Below are positions 34,760-49,700 of a stretch of DNA of 64,000 nucleotides, piece after piece. Position 1 is the first letter of the stretch, and every line of letters begins with the position of its first letter. Source of the stretch: Eledone cirrhosa (lineage: Eukaryota); the NCBI GenBank assembly GCA_964016885.1, contig OZ024742.1, positions 178,374,001 to 178,438,000 of the forward strand, in the 5' to 3' direction. A program made the translations under genes and the position numbers. The notes below the pieces were generated by a model, which did not search any database, had not been told where the DNA came from, and saw only the letters and a list, made by a program, of their open reading frames with translations.

Positions 34760-37700
34760 AATAACTATAGATATAAACAGAGCACAACATTCACAATATT
34801 GTACCTTCTAACATTCATATAAGAATTACTATAGATATTTAATAGAGCACAACCTTCACAACTCTTCTACCTTCTATCAATTATATGAGAATTACTATAG
34901 ATATTTAATAGAGTACAACCTTCACAACTCTTCTACATTCTATCAATTATATAAGAATTACTATAGATATTTAATAGAGCACAACCTTCACAACTCTTGT
35001 GCCTTCTATCAATTATATGAGAATTACTATAGATATAGAATGGAGCACAACCTTCACAACTCTTGTGCCTTCTATCAATTATATGAGAATTACTATAGAT
35101 ATAGAATAGAGCACAACCTTCACAACTCTTGTGCCTTCTATCAATTATATAAGAATTACTATAGATATAGAATAGAGCACAACCTTCACAACTCTTGTGC
35201 CTTCTATCAATTATATAAGAATTACTATAGATATAGAATAGAGCACAACCTTCACAACTCTTGTGCCTTCTATCAATTATATAAGAATTACTATAGATAT
35301 AGAATAGAGCACAACCTTCACAACTCTTCTACCTTCTATCAATTATATGAGAATTACTATAGATATAGAATAGAGCACAACCTTCACAACTCTTGTGCCT
35401 TCTATCAATTATATGAGAATTACCATAGATATAGAATAGAGCACAACCTTCACAACTCTTGTGCCTTCTATCAATTATATGAGAATTACTATAGATATAG
35501 AATAGAGCACAACCTTCACAACTCTTGTGCCTTCTATCAATTATATGAGAATAGCTATAGATATAGAATAGAGCACAACCTTCACAACTCTTGTGCCTTC
35601 TATCAATTAGATGAGAATTACTATAGATATAGAATAGAGCACAACCTTCACAACTCTTGTGCCTTCTATCAATTAGATGAGAATTACTATAGATATAGAA
35701 TAGAGCACAACCTTCACAACTCTTGTGCCTTCTATCAATTATATGAGAATTACTATAGATATAGAATAGAGCACAACCTTCACAACTCTTGTGCCTTCTA
35801 TCAATTAGATGAGAATTACTATAGATATAGAATAGAGCACAACCTTCACAACTCTTGTGCCTTCTATCAATTATATGAGAATTACTATAGATATCGAATA
35901 GAGCACAACCTTCACAACTCTTGTGCCTTCTATCAATTATATGAGAATAGCTACAGATATAGAATGGAGCACAACCTTCACAACTCTTCTACCTTCTATC
36001 AATTATATGAGAATTACTATAGATATAGAATAGAGCACAACCTTCACAACTCTTGTGCCTTCTATCAATTAGATGAGAATTACTATAGATATAGAATAGA
36101 GCACAACCTTCACAACTCTTGTGCCTTCTATCAATTAGATGAGAATTACTATAGATATAGAATAGAGCACAACCTTCACAACTCTTGTGCCTTCTATCAA
36201 TTATATGAGAATTACTATAGATATAGAATAGAGCACAACCTTCACAACTCTTGTGCCTTCTATCAATTATATGAGAATTACTATAGATATAGAATAGAGC
36301 ACAACCTTCACAACTCTTGTGCCTTCTATCAATTATATGAGAATTACTATAGATATAGAATAGAGCACAACCTTCACAACTCTTGTGCCTTCTATCAATT
36401 ATATGAGAATTACCATAGATATAGAATAGAGCACAACCTTCACAACTCTTGTGCCTTCTATCAATTATATGAGAATTACTATAGATATAGAATAGAGCAC
36501 AACCTTCACAACTCTTCTACCTTCTATCAATTATATGAGAATAGCTATAGATATAGAATAGAGCACAACCTTCACAACTCTTGTGCCTTCTATCAATTAT
36601 ATGAGAATTACTATAGATATCGAATAGAGCACAACCTTCACAACTCTTGTGCCTTCTATCAATTATATGAGAATAGCTACAGATATAGAATGGAGCACAA
36701 CCTTCACAACTCTTCTACCTTCTATCAATTATATGAGAATTACTATAGATATAGAATAGAGCACAACCTTCACAACTCTTATGCCTTCTATCAATTATAT
36801 GAGAATTACTATAGATATAGAATAGAGCACAACCTTCACAACTCTTCTACCTTCTATCAATTATATGAGAATAGCTATAGATATAGAATAGAGCACAACC
36901 TTCACAACTCTTGTGCCTTCTATCAATTATATGAGAATTACTATAGATATCGAATGGAGCACAACCTTCACAACTCTTGTGCCTTCTATCAATTATATGA
37001 GAATAGCTATAGATATAGAATGGAGCACAACCTTCACAACTCTTCTACCTTCTATCAATTATATGAGAATTACTATAGATATAGAATAGAGCACAACCTT
37101 CACAACTCTTGTGCCTTCTATCAATTAGATGAGAATTACTATAGATATAGAATAGAGCACAACCTTCACAACTCTTGTGCCTTCTATCAATTAGATGAGA
37201 ATTACTATAGATATAGAATAGAGCACAACCTTCACAACTCTTGTGCCTTCTATCAATTATATGAGAATTACTATAGATATAGAATAGAGCACAACCTTCA
37301 CAACTCTTGTGCCTTCTATCAATTATATGAGAATTACTATAGATATAGAATAGAGCACAACCTTCACAACTCTTGTGCCTTCTATCAATTATATGAGAAT
37401 TACTATAGATATAGAATAGAGCACAACCTTCACAACTCTTGTGCCTTCTATCAATTATATGAGAATTACTATAGATATAGAATAGAGCACAACCTTCACA
37501 ACTCTTGTGCCTTCTATCAATTATATGAGAATTACCATAGATATAGAATAGAGCACAACCTTCACAACTCTTGTGCCTTCTATCAATTATATGAGAATTA
37601 CTATAGATATAGAATAGAGCACAACCTTCACAACTCTTGTGCCTTCTATCAATTATATGAGAATAGCTATAGATATAGAATAGAGCACAACCTTCACAAC

Positions 37701-40700
37701 TCTTGTGCCTTCTATCAATTAGATGAGAATTACTATAGATATAGAATAGAGCACAACCTTCACAACTCTTGTGCCTTCTATCAATTAGATGAGAATTACT
37801 ATAGATATAGAATAGAGCACAATCTTCACAACTCTTGTGCCTTCTATCAATTATATGAGAATTACTATAGATATAGAATAGAGCACAACCTTCACAACTC
37901 TTGTGCCTTCTATCAATTAGATGAGAATTACTATAGATATAGAATAGAGCACAACCTTCACAACTCTTGTGCCTTCTATCAATTATATGAGAATTACTAT
38001 AGATATCGAATAGAGCACAACCTTCACAACTCTTGTGCCTTCTATCAATTATATGAGAATAGCTACAGATATAGAATGGAGCACAACCTTCACAACTCTT
38101 CTACCTTCTATCAATTATATGAGAATTACTATAGATATAGAATAGAGCACAACCTTCACAACTCTTGTGCCTTCTATCAATTAGATGAGAATTACTATAG
38201 ATATAGAATAGAGCACAACCTTCACAACTCTTGTGCCTTCTATCAATTAGATGAGAATTACTATAGATATAGAATAGAGCACAACCTTCACAACTCTTGT
38301 GCCTTCTATCAATTATATGAGAATTACTATAGATATAGAATAGAGCACAACCTTCACAACTCTTGTGCCTTCTATCAATTATATGAGAATTACTATAGAT
38401 ATAGAATAGAGCACAACCTTCACAACTCTTGTGCCTTCTATCAATTATATGAGAATTACCATAGATATAGAATAGAGCACAACCTTCACAACTCTTGTGC
38501 CTTCTATCAATTATATGAGAATTACTATAGATATAGAATAGAGCACAACCTTCACAACTCTTCTACCTTCTATCAATTATATGAGAATAGCTATAGATAT
38601 AGAATAGAGCACAACCTTCACAACTCTTGTGCCTTCTATCAATTATATGAGAATTACTATAGATATCGAATAGAGCACAACCTTCACAACTCTTGTGCCT
38701 TCTATCAATTATATGAGAATAGCTACAGATATAGAATGGAGCACAACCTTCACAACTCTTCTACCTTCTATCAATTATATGAGAATTACTATAGATATAG
38801 AATAGAGCACAACCTTCACAACTCTTATGCCTTCTATCAATTATATGAGAATTACTATAGATATAGAATAGAGCACAACCTTCACAACTCTTCTACCTTC
38901 TATCAATTATATGAGAATAGCTATAGATATAGAATAGAGCACAACCTTCACAACTCTTGTGCCTTCTATCAATTAGATGAGAATTACTATAGATATAGAA
39001 TAGAGCACAACCTTCACAACTCTTGTGCCTTCTATCAATTATATGAGAATTACTATAGATATCGAATAGAGCACAACCTTCACAACTCTTGTGCCTTCTA
39101 TCAATTATATGAGAATAGCTACAGATATAGAATGGAGCACAACCTTCACAACTCTTCTACCTTCTATCAATTATATGAGAATTACTATAGATATAGAATA
39201 GAGCACAACCTTCACAACTCTTATGCCTTCTATCAATTATATGAGAATTACTATAGATATAGAATAGAGCACAACCTTCACAACTCTTCTACCTTCTATC
39301 AATTATATGAGAATAGCTATAGATATAGAATAGAGCACAACCTTCACAACTCTTGTGCCTTCTATCAATTATATGAGAATTACTATAGATATCGAATGGA
39401 GCACAACCTTCACAACTCTTGTGCCTTCTATCAATTATATGAGAATAGCTATAGATATAGAATGGAGCACAACCTTCAAAACTCTTCTACCTTCTATCAA
39501 TTATATGAGAATTACTATAGATATAGAATAGAGCACAACCTTCACAACTCTTGTGCCTTCTATCAATTAGATGAGAATTACTATAGATATAGAATAGAAC
39601 ACAACCTTCACAACTCTTGTGCCTTCTATCAATTATATGAGAATTACTATAGATATAGAATAGAGCACAACCTTCACAACTCTTGTGCCTTCTATCAATT
39701 ATATGAGAATTACTATAGATATAGAATAGAGCACAACCTTCACAACTCTTGTGCCTTCTATCAATTATATGAGAATTACTATAGATATAGAATAGAGCAC
39801 AACCTTCACAACTCTTGTGCCTTCTATCAATTATATGAGAATTACTATAGATATAGAATAGAGCACAACCTTCACAACTCTTGTGCCTTCTATCAATTAT
39901 ATGAGAATTACTATAGATATAGAATAGAGCACAACCTTCACAACTCTTGTGCCTTCTATCAATTAGATGAGAATTACTATAGATTTAGAATAGAGCACAA
40001 CCTTCACAACTCTTGTGCCTTCTATCAATTAGATGAGAATTACTATAGATATAGAATAGAGCACAACCTTCACAACTCTTGTGCCTTCTATCAATTATAT
40101 GAGAATTACTATAGATATAGAATAGAGCACAACCTTCACAACTCTTGTGCCTTCTATCAATTATATGAGAATTACTATAGATATAGAATAGAGCACAACC
40201 TTCACAACTCTTGTGCCTTCTATCAATTAGATGAGAATTACTATAGATATAGAATAGAGCACAACCTTCACAACTCTTGTGCCTTCTATCAATTATATGA
40301 CAATTACTATAGATATCGAATAGAGCACAACCTTCACAACTCTTGTGCCTTCTATCAATTATATGAGAATAGCTACAGATATAGAATGGAGCACAACCTT
40401 CACAACTCTTCTACCTTCTATCAATTATATGAGAATTACTATAGATATAGAATAGAGCACAACCTTCACAACTCTTGTGCCTTCTATCAATTAGATGAGA
40501 ATTACTATAGATATAGAATAGAGCACAACCTTCACAACTCTTGTGCCTTCTATCAATTAGATGAGAATTACTATAGATATAGAATAGAGCACAACCTTCA
40601 CAACTCTTGTGCCTTCTATCAATTATATGAGAATTACTATAGATATAGAATAGAGCACAACCTTCACAACTCACGTGCCTTCTATCAATTATATGAGAAT

Positions 40701-43700
40701 TACCATAGATATAGAATAGAGCACAACCTTCACAACTCTTGTGCCTTCTATCAATTATATGAGAATTACTATAGATATAGAATAGAGCACAACCTTCACA
40801 ACTCTTGTGCCTTCTATCAATTATATGAGAATAGCTACAGATATAGAATGGAGCACAACCTTCACAACTCTTCTACCTTCTATCAATTATATGAGAATTA
40901 CTATAGATATAGAATAGAGCACAACCTTCACAACTCTTCTACCTTCTATCAATTATATGAGAATAGCTATAGATATAGAATAGAGCACAACCTTCACAAC
41001 TCTTGTGCCTTCTATCAATTATATGAGAATTACTATACATATCGAATAGAGCACAACCTTCACAACTCTTGTGCCTTCTATCAATTATATGAGAATTACT
41101 ATAGATATAGAATAGAGCACAACCTTCACAACTCTTGTGCCTTCTATCAATTAGATGAGAATTACTATAGATATAGAATAGAGCACAACCTTCACAACTC
41201 TTGTGCCTTCTATCAATTATATGACAATTACTATAGATATCGAATAGAGCACAACCTTCACAACTCTTGTGCCTTCTATCAATTATATGAGAATAGCTAC
41301 AGATATAGAATGGAGCACAACCTTCACAACTCTTCTACCTTCTATCAATTATATGAGAATTACTATAGATATAGAATAGAGCACAACCTTCACAACTCTT
41401 GTGCCTTCTATCAATTAGATGAGAATTACTATAGATATAGAATAGAGCACAACCTTCACAACTCTTGTGCCTTCTATCAATTAGATGAGAATTACTATAG
41501 ATATAGAATAGAGCACAACCTTCACAACTCTTGTGCCTTCTATCAATTATATGAGAATTACTATAGATATAGAATAGAGCACAACCTTCACAACTCTTGT
41601 GCCTTCTATCAATTATATGAGAATTACCATAGATATAGAATAGAGCACAACCTTCACAACTCTTGTGCCTTCTATCAATTATATGAGAATTACTATAGAT
41701 ATAGAATAGAGCACAACCTTCACAACTCTTGTGCCTTCTATCAATTATATGAGAATAGCTACAGATATAGAATGGAGCACAACCTTCACAACTCTTCTAC
41801 CTTCTATCAATTATATGAGAATTACTATAGATATAGAATAGAGCACAACCTTCACAACTCTTCTACCTTCTATCAATTATATGAGAATAGCTATAGATAT
41901 AGAATAGAGCACAACCTTCACAACTCTTGTGCCTTCTATCAATTATATGAGAATTACTATACATATCGAATAGAGCACAACCTTCACAACTCTTGTGCCT
42001 TCTATCAATTATATGAGAATAGCTATAGATATAGAATGGAGCACAACCTTCACAACTCTTCTACCTTCTATCAATTATATGAGAATTACTATAGATATAG
42101 AATAGAGCACAACCTTCACAACTCTTGTGCCTTCTATCAATTAGATGAGAATTACTATAGATATAGAATAGAGCACAACCTTCACAACTCTTGTGCCTTC
42201 TATCAATTAGATGAGAATTACTATAGATATAGAATAGAGCACAACCTTCACAACTCTTGTGCCTTCTATCAATTATATGAGAATTACTATAGATATAGAA
42301 TAGAGCACAACCTTCACAACTCTTGTGCCTTCTATCAATTATATGAGAATTACTATAGATATAGAATAGAGCACAACCTTCACAACTCTTGTGCCTTCTA
42401 TCAATTATATGAGAATTACTATAGATATAGAATAGAGCACAACCTTCACAACTCTTGTGCCTTCTATCAATTATATGAGAATTACTATAGATATAGAATA
42501 GAGCACAACCTTCACAACTCTTGTGCCTTCTATCAATTATATGAGAATTACCATAGATATAGAATAGAGCACAACCTTCACAACTCTTGTGCCTTCTATC
42601 AATTATATGAGAATTACTATAGATATAGAATAGAGCACAACCTTCACAACTCTTGTGCCTTCTATCAATTATATGAGAATAGCTATAGATATAGAATAGA
42701 GCACAACCTTCACAACTCTTGTGCCTTCTATCAATTAGATGAGAATTACTATAGATATAGAATAGAGCACAACCTTCACAACTCTTGTGCCTTCTATCAA
42801 TTAGATGAGAATTACTATAGATATAGAATAGAGCACAAACTTCACAACTCTTGTGCCTTCTATCAATTATATGAGAATAGCTACAGATATAGAATGGAGC
42901 ACAACCTTCACAACTCTTCTACCTTCTATCAATTATATGAGAATTACTATAGATATAGAATAGAGCACAACCTTCACAACTCTTGTGCCTTCTATCAATT
43001 AGATGAGAATTACTATAGATTTAGAATAGAGCACAACCTTCACAACTCTTGTGCCTTCTATCAATTAGATGAGAATTACTATAGATATAGAATAGAGCAC
43101 AACCTTCACAACTCTTGTGCCTTCTATCAATTATATGAGAATTACTATAGATATAGAATAGAGCACAACCTTCACAACTCTTGTGCCTTCTATCAATTAT
43201 ATGAGAATTACTATAGATATAGAATAGAGCACAACCTTCACAACTCTTGTGCCTTCTATCAATTAGATGAGAATTACTATAGATATAGAATAGAGCACAA
43301 CCTTCACAACTCTTGTGCCTTCTATCAATTATATAAGAATTACTATAGATATCGAATAGAGCACAACCTTCACAACTCTTGTGCCTTCTATCAATTATAT
43401 GAGAATAGCTACAGATATAGAATGGAGCACAACCTTCACAACTCTTCTACCTTCTATCAATTATATGAGAATTACTATAGATATAGAATAGAGCACAACC
43501 TTCACAACTCTTGTGCCTTCTATCAATTAGATGAGAATTACTATAGATATAGAATAGAGCACAACCTTCACAACTCTTGTGCCTTCTATCAATTAGATGA
43601 GAATTACTATAGATATAGAATAGAGCACAACCTTCACAACTCTTGTGCCTTCTATCAATTATATGAGAATTACTATAGATATAGAATAGAGCACAACCTT

Positions 43701-46700
43701 CACAACTCTTGTGCCTTCTATCAATTATATGAGAATTACTATAGATATAGAATAGAGCACAACCTTCACAACTCTTGTGCCTTCTATCAATTATATGAGA
43801 ATTACTATAGATATAGAATAGAGCACAACCTTCACAACTCTTGTGCCTTCTATCAATTATATGAGAATTACCATAGATATAGAATAGAGCACAACCTTCA
43901 CAACTCTTGTGCCTTCTATCAATTATATGAGAATTACTATAGATATAGAATAGAGCACAACCTTCACAACTCTTCTACCTTCTATCAATTATATGAGAAT
44001 AGCTATAGATATAGAATAGAGCACAACCTTCACAACTCTTGTGCCTTCTATCAATTATATGAGAATTACTATAGATATCGAATAGAGCACAACCTTCACA
44101 ACTCTTGTGCCTTCTATCAATTATATGAGAATAGCTACAGATATAGAATGGAGCACAACCTTCACAACTCTTCTACCTTCTATCAATTATATGAGAATTA
44201 CTATAGATATAGAATAGAGCACAACCTTCACAACTCTTATGCCTTCTATCAATTATATGAGAATTACTATAGATATAGAATAGAGCACAACCTTCACAAC
44301 TCTTCTACCTTCTATCAATTATATGAGAATAGCTATAGATATAGAATAGAGCACAACCTTCACAACTCTTGTGCCTTCTATCAATTATATGAGAATTACT
44401 ATAGATATCGAATGGAGCACAACCTTCACAACTCTTGTGCCTTCTATCAATTATATGAGAATAGCTATAGATATAGAATGGAGCACAACCTTCAAAACTC
44501 TTCTACCTTCTATCAATTATATGAGAATTACTATAGATATAGAATAGAGCACAACCTTCACAACTCTTGTGCCTTCTATCAATTAGATGAGAATTACTAT
44601 AGATATAGAATAGAGCACAACCTTCACAACTCTTGTGCCTTCTATCAATTATATGAGAATTACTATAGATATAGAATAGAGCACAACCTTCACAACTCTT
44701 GTGCCTTCTATCAATTAGATGAGAATTACTATAGATATAGAATAGAGCACAACCTTCACAACTCTTGTGCCTTCTATCAATTATATGAGAATTACTATAG
44801 ATATAGAATAGAGCACAACCTTCACAACTCTTGTGCCTTCTATCAATTATATGAGAATTACTATAGATATAGAATAGAGCACAACCTTCACAACTCTTGT
44901 GCCTTCTATCAATTATATGAGAATTACTATAGATATAGAATAGAGCACAACCTTCACAACTCTTGTGCCTTCTATCAATTAGATGAGAATTACTATAGAT
45001 ATAGAATAGAGCACAACCTTCACAACTCTTGTGCCTTCTATCAATTATATGACAATTACTATAGATATCGAATAGAGCACAACCTTCACAACTCTTGTGC
45101 CTTCTATCAATTATATGAGAATAGCTACAGATATAGAATGGAGCACAACCTTCACAACTCTTCTACCTTCTATCAATTATATGAGAATTACTATAGATAT
45201 AGAATAGAGCACAACCTTCACAACTCTTGTGCTTCTATCAATTAGATGAGAATTACTATAGATATAGAATAGAGCACAACCTTCACAACTCTTGTGCCTT
45301 CTATCAATTAGATGAGAATTACTATAGATATCGAATAGAGCACAACCTTCACAACTCTTGTGCCTTCTATCAATTATATGAGAATAGCTACAGATATAGA
45401 ATGGAGCACAACCTTCACAACTCTTCTACCTTCTATCAATTATATGAGAATTACTATAGATATAGAATAGAGCACAACCTTCACAACTCTTGTGCCTTCT
45501 ATCAATTATATGAGAATTACTATAGATATAGAATAGAGCACAACCTTCACAACTCTTCTACCTTCTATCAATTATATAAGAATTACTATAGATATAGATT
45601 AGAGCACAACCTTCACAACTCTTGTGCCTTCTATCAATTATATGAGAATTACTATAGATATAGAATAGAGCACAACCTTCACAACTCTTGTGCCTTCTAT
45701 CAATTATATGAGAATTACTATAGATATAGAATAGAGCACAACCTTCACAACTCTTGTGCCTTCTATCAATTATATGAGAATTACTATAGATATAGAATAG
45801 AGCACAACCTTCACAACTCTTGTGCCTTCTATCAATTATATGAGAATTACTATAGATATAGAATAGAGCACAACCTTCACAACTCTTGTGCCTTCTATCA
45901 ATTATATGAGAATTACCATAGATATAGAATAGAGCACAACCTTCACAACTCTTGTGCCTTCTATCAATTATATGAGAATTACTATAGATATAGAATAGAG
46001 CACAACCTTCACAACTCTTCTACCTTCTATCAATTATATGAGAATAGCTATAGATATAGAATAGAGCACAACCTTCACAACTCTTGTGCCTTCTATCAAT
46101 TATATGAGAATTACTATAGATATCGAATAGAGCACAACCTTCACAACTCTTGTGCCTTCTATCAATTATATGAGAATAGCTACAGATATAGAATGGAGCA
46201 CAACCTTCACAACTCTTCTACCTTCTATCAATTATATGAGAATTACTATAGATATAGAATAGAGCACAACCTTCACAACTCTTATGCCTTCTATCAATTA
46301 TATGAGAATTACTATAGATATAGAATAGAGCACAACCTTCACAACTCTTCTACCTTCTATCAATTATATGAGAATAGCTATAGATATAGAATAGAGCACA
46401 ACCTTCACAACTCTTGTGCCTTCTATCAATTATATGAGAATTACTATAGATATCGAATGGAGCACAACCTTCACAACTCTTGTGCCTTCTATCAATTATA
46501 TGAGAATAGCTATAGATATAGAATGGAGCACAACCTTCAAAACTCTTCTACCTTCTATCAATTATATGAGAATTACTATAGATATAGAATAGAGCACAAC
46601 CTTCACAACTCTTGTGCCTTCTATCAATTAGATGAGAATTACTATAGATATAGAATAGAGCACAACCTTCACAACTCTTGTGCCTTCTATCAATTATATG

Positions 46701-49700
46701 AGAATTACTATAGATATAGAATAGAGCACAACCTTCACAACTCTTGTGCCTTCTATCAATTATATGAGAATTACTATAGATATAGAATAGAGCACAACCT
46801 TCACAACTCTTGTGCCTTCTATCAATTATATGAGAATTACTATAGATATAGAATAGAGCACAACCTTCACAACTCTTGTGCCTTCTATCAATTATATGAG
46901 AATTACTATAGATATAGAATAGAGCACAACATTCACAACTCTTGTGCCTTCTATCAATTATATGAGAATTACTATAGATATAGAATAGAGCACAACCTTC
47001 ACAACTCTTGTGCCTTCTATCAATTATATGAGAATTACCATAGATATAGAATAGAGCACAACCTTCACAACTCTTGTGCCTTCTATCAATTATATGAGAA
47101 TTACTATAGATATAGAATAGAGCACAACCTTCACAACTCTTCTACCTTCTATCAATTATATGAGAATAGCTATAGATATAGAATAGAGCACAACCTTCAC
47201 AACTCTTGTGCCTTCTATCAATTATATGAGAATTACTATAGATATCGAATAGAGCACAACCTTCACAACTCTTGTGCCTTCTATCAATTATATGAGAATA
47301 GCTACAGATATAGAATGGAGCACAACCTTCACAACTCTTCTACCTTCTATCAATTATATGAGAATTACTATAGATATAGAATAGAGCACAACCTTCACAA
47401 CTCTTGTGCCTTCTATCAATTATATGAGAATTACTATAGATATAGAATAGAGCACAACCTTCACAACTCTTCTACCTTCTATCAATTATATAAGAATTAC
47501 TATAGATATAGATTAGAGCACAACCTTCACAACTCTTGTGCCTTCTATCAATTATATGAGAATTACTATAGATATAGAATAGAGCACAACCTTCACAACT
47601 CTTGTGCCTTCTATCAATTATATGAGAATTACTATAGATATAGAATAGAGCACAACCTTCACAACTCTTGTGCCTTCTATCAATTAGATGAGAATTACTA
47701 TAGATATAGAATAGAGCACAACCTTCACAACTCTTGTGCCTTCTATCAATTATATGAGAATTACTATAGATATAGAATAGAGCACAACCTTCACAACTCT
47801 TGTGCCTTCTATCAATTATATGAGAATTACTATAGATATAGAATAGAGCACAACCTTCACAACTCTTGTGCCTTCTATCAATTATATGAGAATTACTATA
47901 GATATAGAATAGAGCACAACCTTCTCAACTCTTGTGCCTTCTATCAATTATATGAGAATTACTATAGATATCGAATGGAGCACAACCTTCACAACTCTTG
48001 TGCCTTCTATCAATTATATGAGAATAGCTATAGATATAGAATGGAGCACAACCTTCAAAACTCTTCTACCTTCTATCAATTATATGAGAATTACTATAGA
48101 TATAGAATAGAGCACAACCTTCACAACTCTTGTGCCTTCTATCAATTAGATGAGAATTACTATAGATATAGAATAGAGCACAACCTTCACAACTCTTGTG
48201 CCTTCTATCAATTATATGAGAATTACTATAGATATAGAATAGAGCACAACCTTCACAACTCTTGTGCCTTCTATCAATTATATGAGAATTACTATAGATA
48301 TAGAATAGAGCACAACCTTCACAACTCTTGTGCCTTCTATCAATTATATGAGAATTACTATAGATATAGAATAGAGCACAACCTTCACAACTCTTGTGCC
48401 TTCTATCAATTATATGAGAATTACTATAGATATAGAATAGAGCACAACCTTCACAACTCTTGTGCCTTCTATCAATTATATGAGAATTACTATAGATATA
48501 GAATAGAGCACAACCTTCACAACTCTTGTGCCTTCTATCAATTAGATGAGAATTACTATAGATTTAGAATAGAGCACAACCTTCACAACTCTTGTGCCTT
48601 CTATCAATTAGATGAGAATTACTATAGATATAGAATAGAGCACAACCTTCACAACTCTTGTGCCTTCTATCAATTATATGAGAATTACTATAGATATAGA
48701 ATAGAGCACAACCTTCACAACTCTTGTGCCTTCTATCAATTATATGAGAATTACTATAGATATAGAATAGAGCACAACCTTCACAACTCTTGTGCCTTCT
48801 ATCAATTAGATGAGAATTACTATAGATATAGAATAGAGCACAACCTTCACAACTCTTGTGCCTTCTATCAATTATATGACAATTACTATAGATATCGAAT
48901 AGAGCACAACCTTCACAACTCTTGTGCCTTCTATCAATTATATGAGAATAGCTACAGATATAGAATGGAGCACAACCTTCACAACTCTTCTACCTTCTAT
49001 CAATTATATGAGAATTACTATAGATATAGAATAGAGCACAACCTTCACAACTCTTGTGCCTTCTATCAATTAGATGAGAATTACTATAGATATAGAATAG
49101 AGCACAACCTTCACAACTCTTGTGCCTTCTATCAATTAGATGAGAATTACTATAGATATAGAATAGAGCACAACCTTCACAACTCTTGTGCCTTCTATCA
49201 ATTATATGAGAATTACTATAGATATAGAATAGAGCACAACCTTCACAACTCTTGTGCCTTCTATCAATTATATGAGAATTACTATAGATATAGAATAGAG
49301 CACAACCTTCACAACTCTTGTGCCTTCTATCAATTATATGAGAATTACTATAGATATAGAATAGAGCACAACCTTCACAACTCTTGTGCCTTCTATCAAT
49401 TATATGAGAATTACCATAGATATAGAATAGAGCACAACCTTCACAACTCTTGTGCCTTCTATCAATTATATGAGAATTACTATAGATATAGAATAGAGCA
49501 CAACCTTCACAACTCTTCTACCTTCTATCAATTATATGAGAATAGCTATAGATATAGAATAGAGCACAACCTTCACAACTCTTGTGCCTTCTATCAATTA
49601 TATGAGAATTACTATAGATATCGAATAGAGCACAACCTTCACAACTCTTGTGCCTTCTATCAATTATATGAGAATAGCCACAGATATAGAATGGAGCACA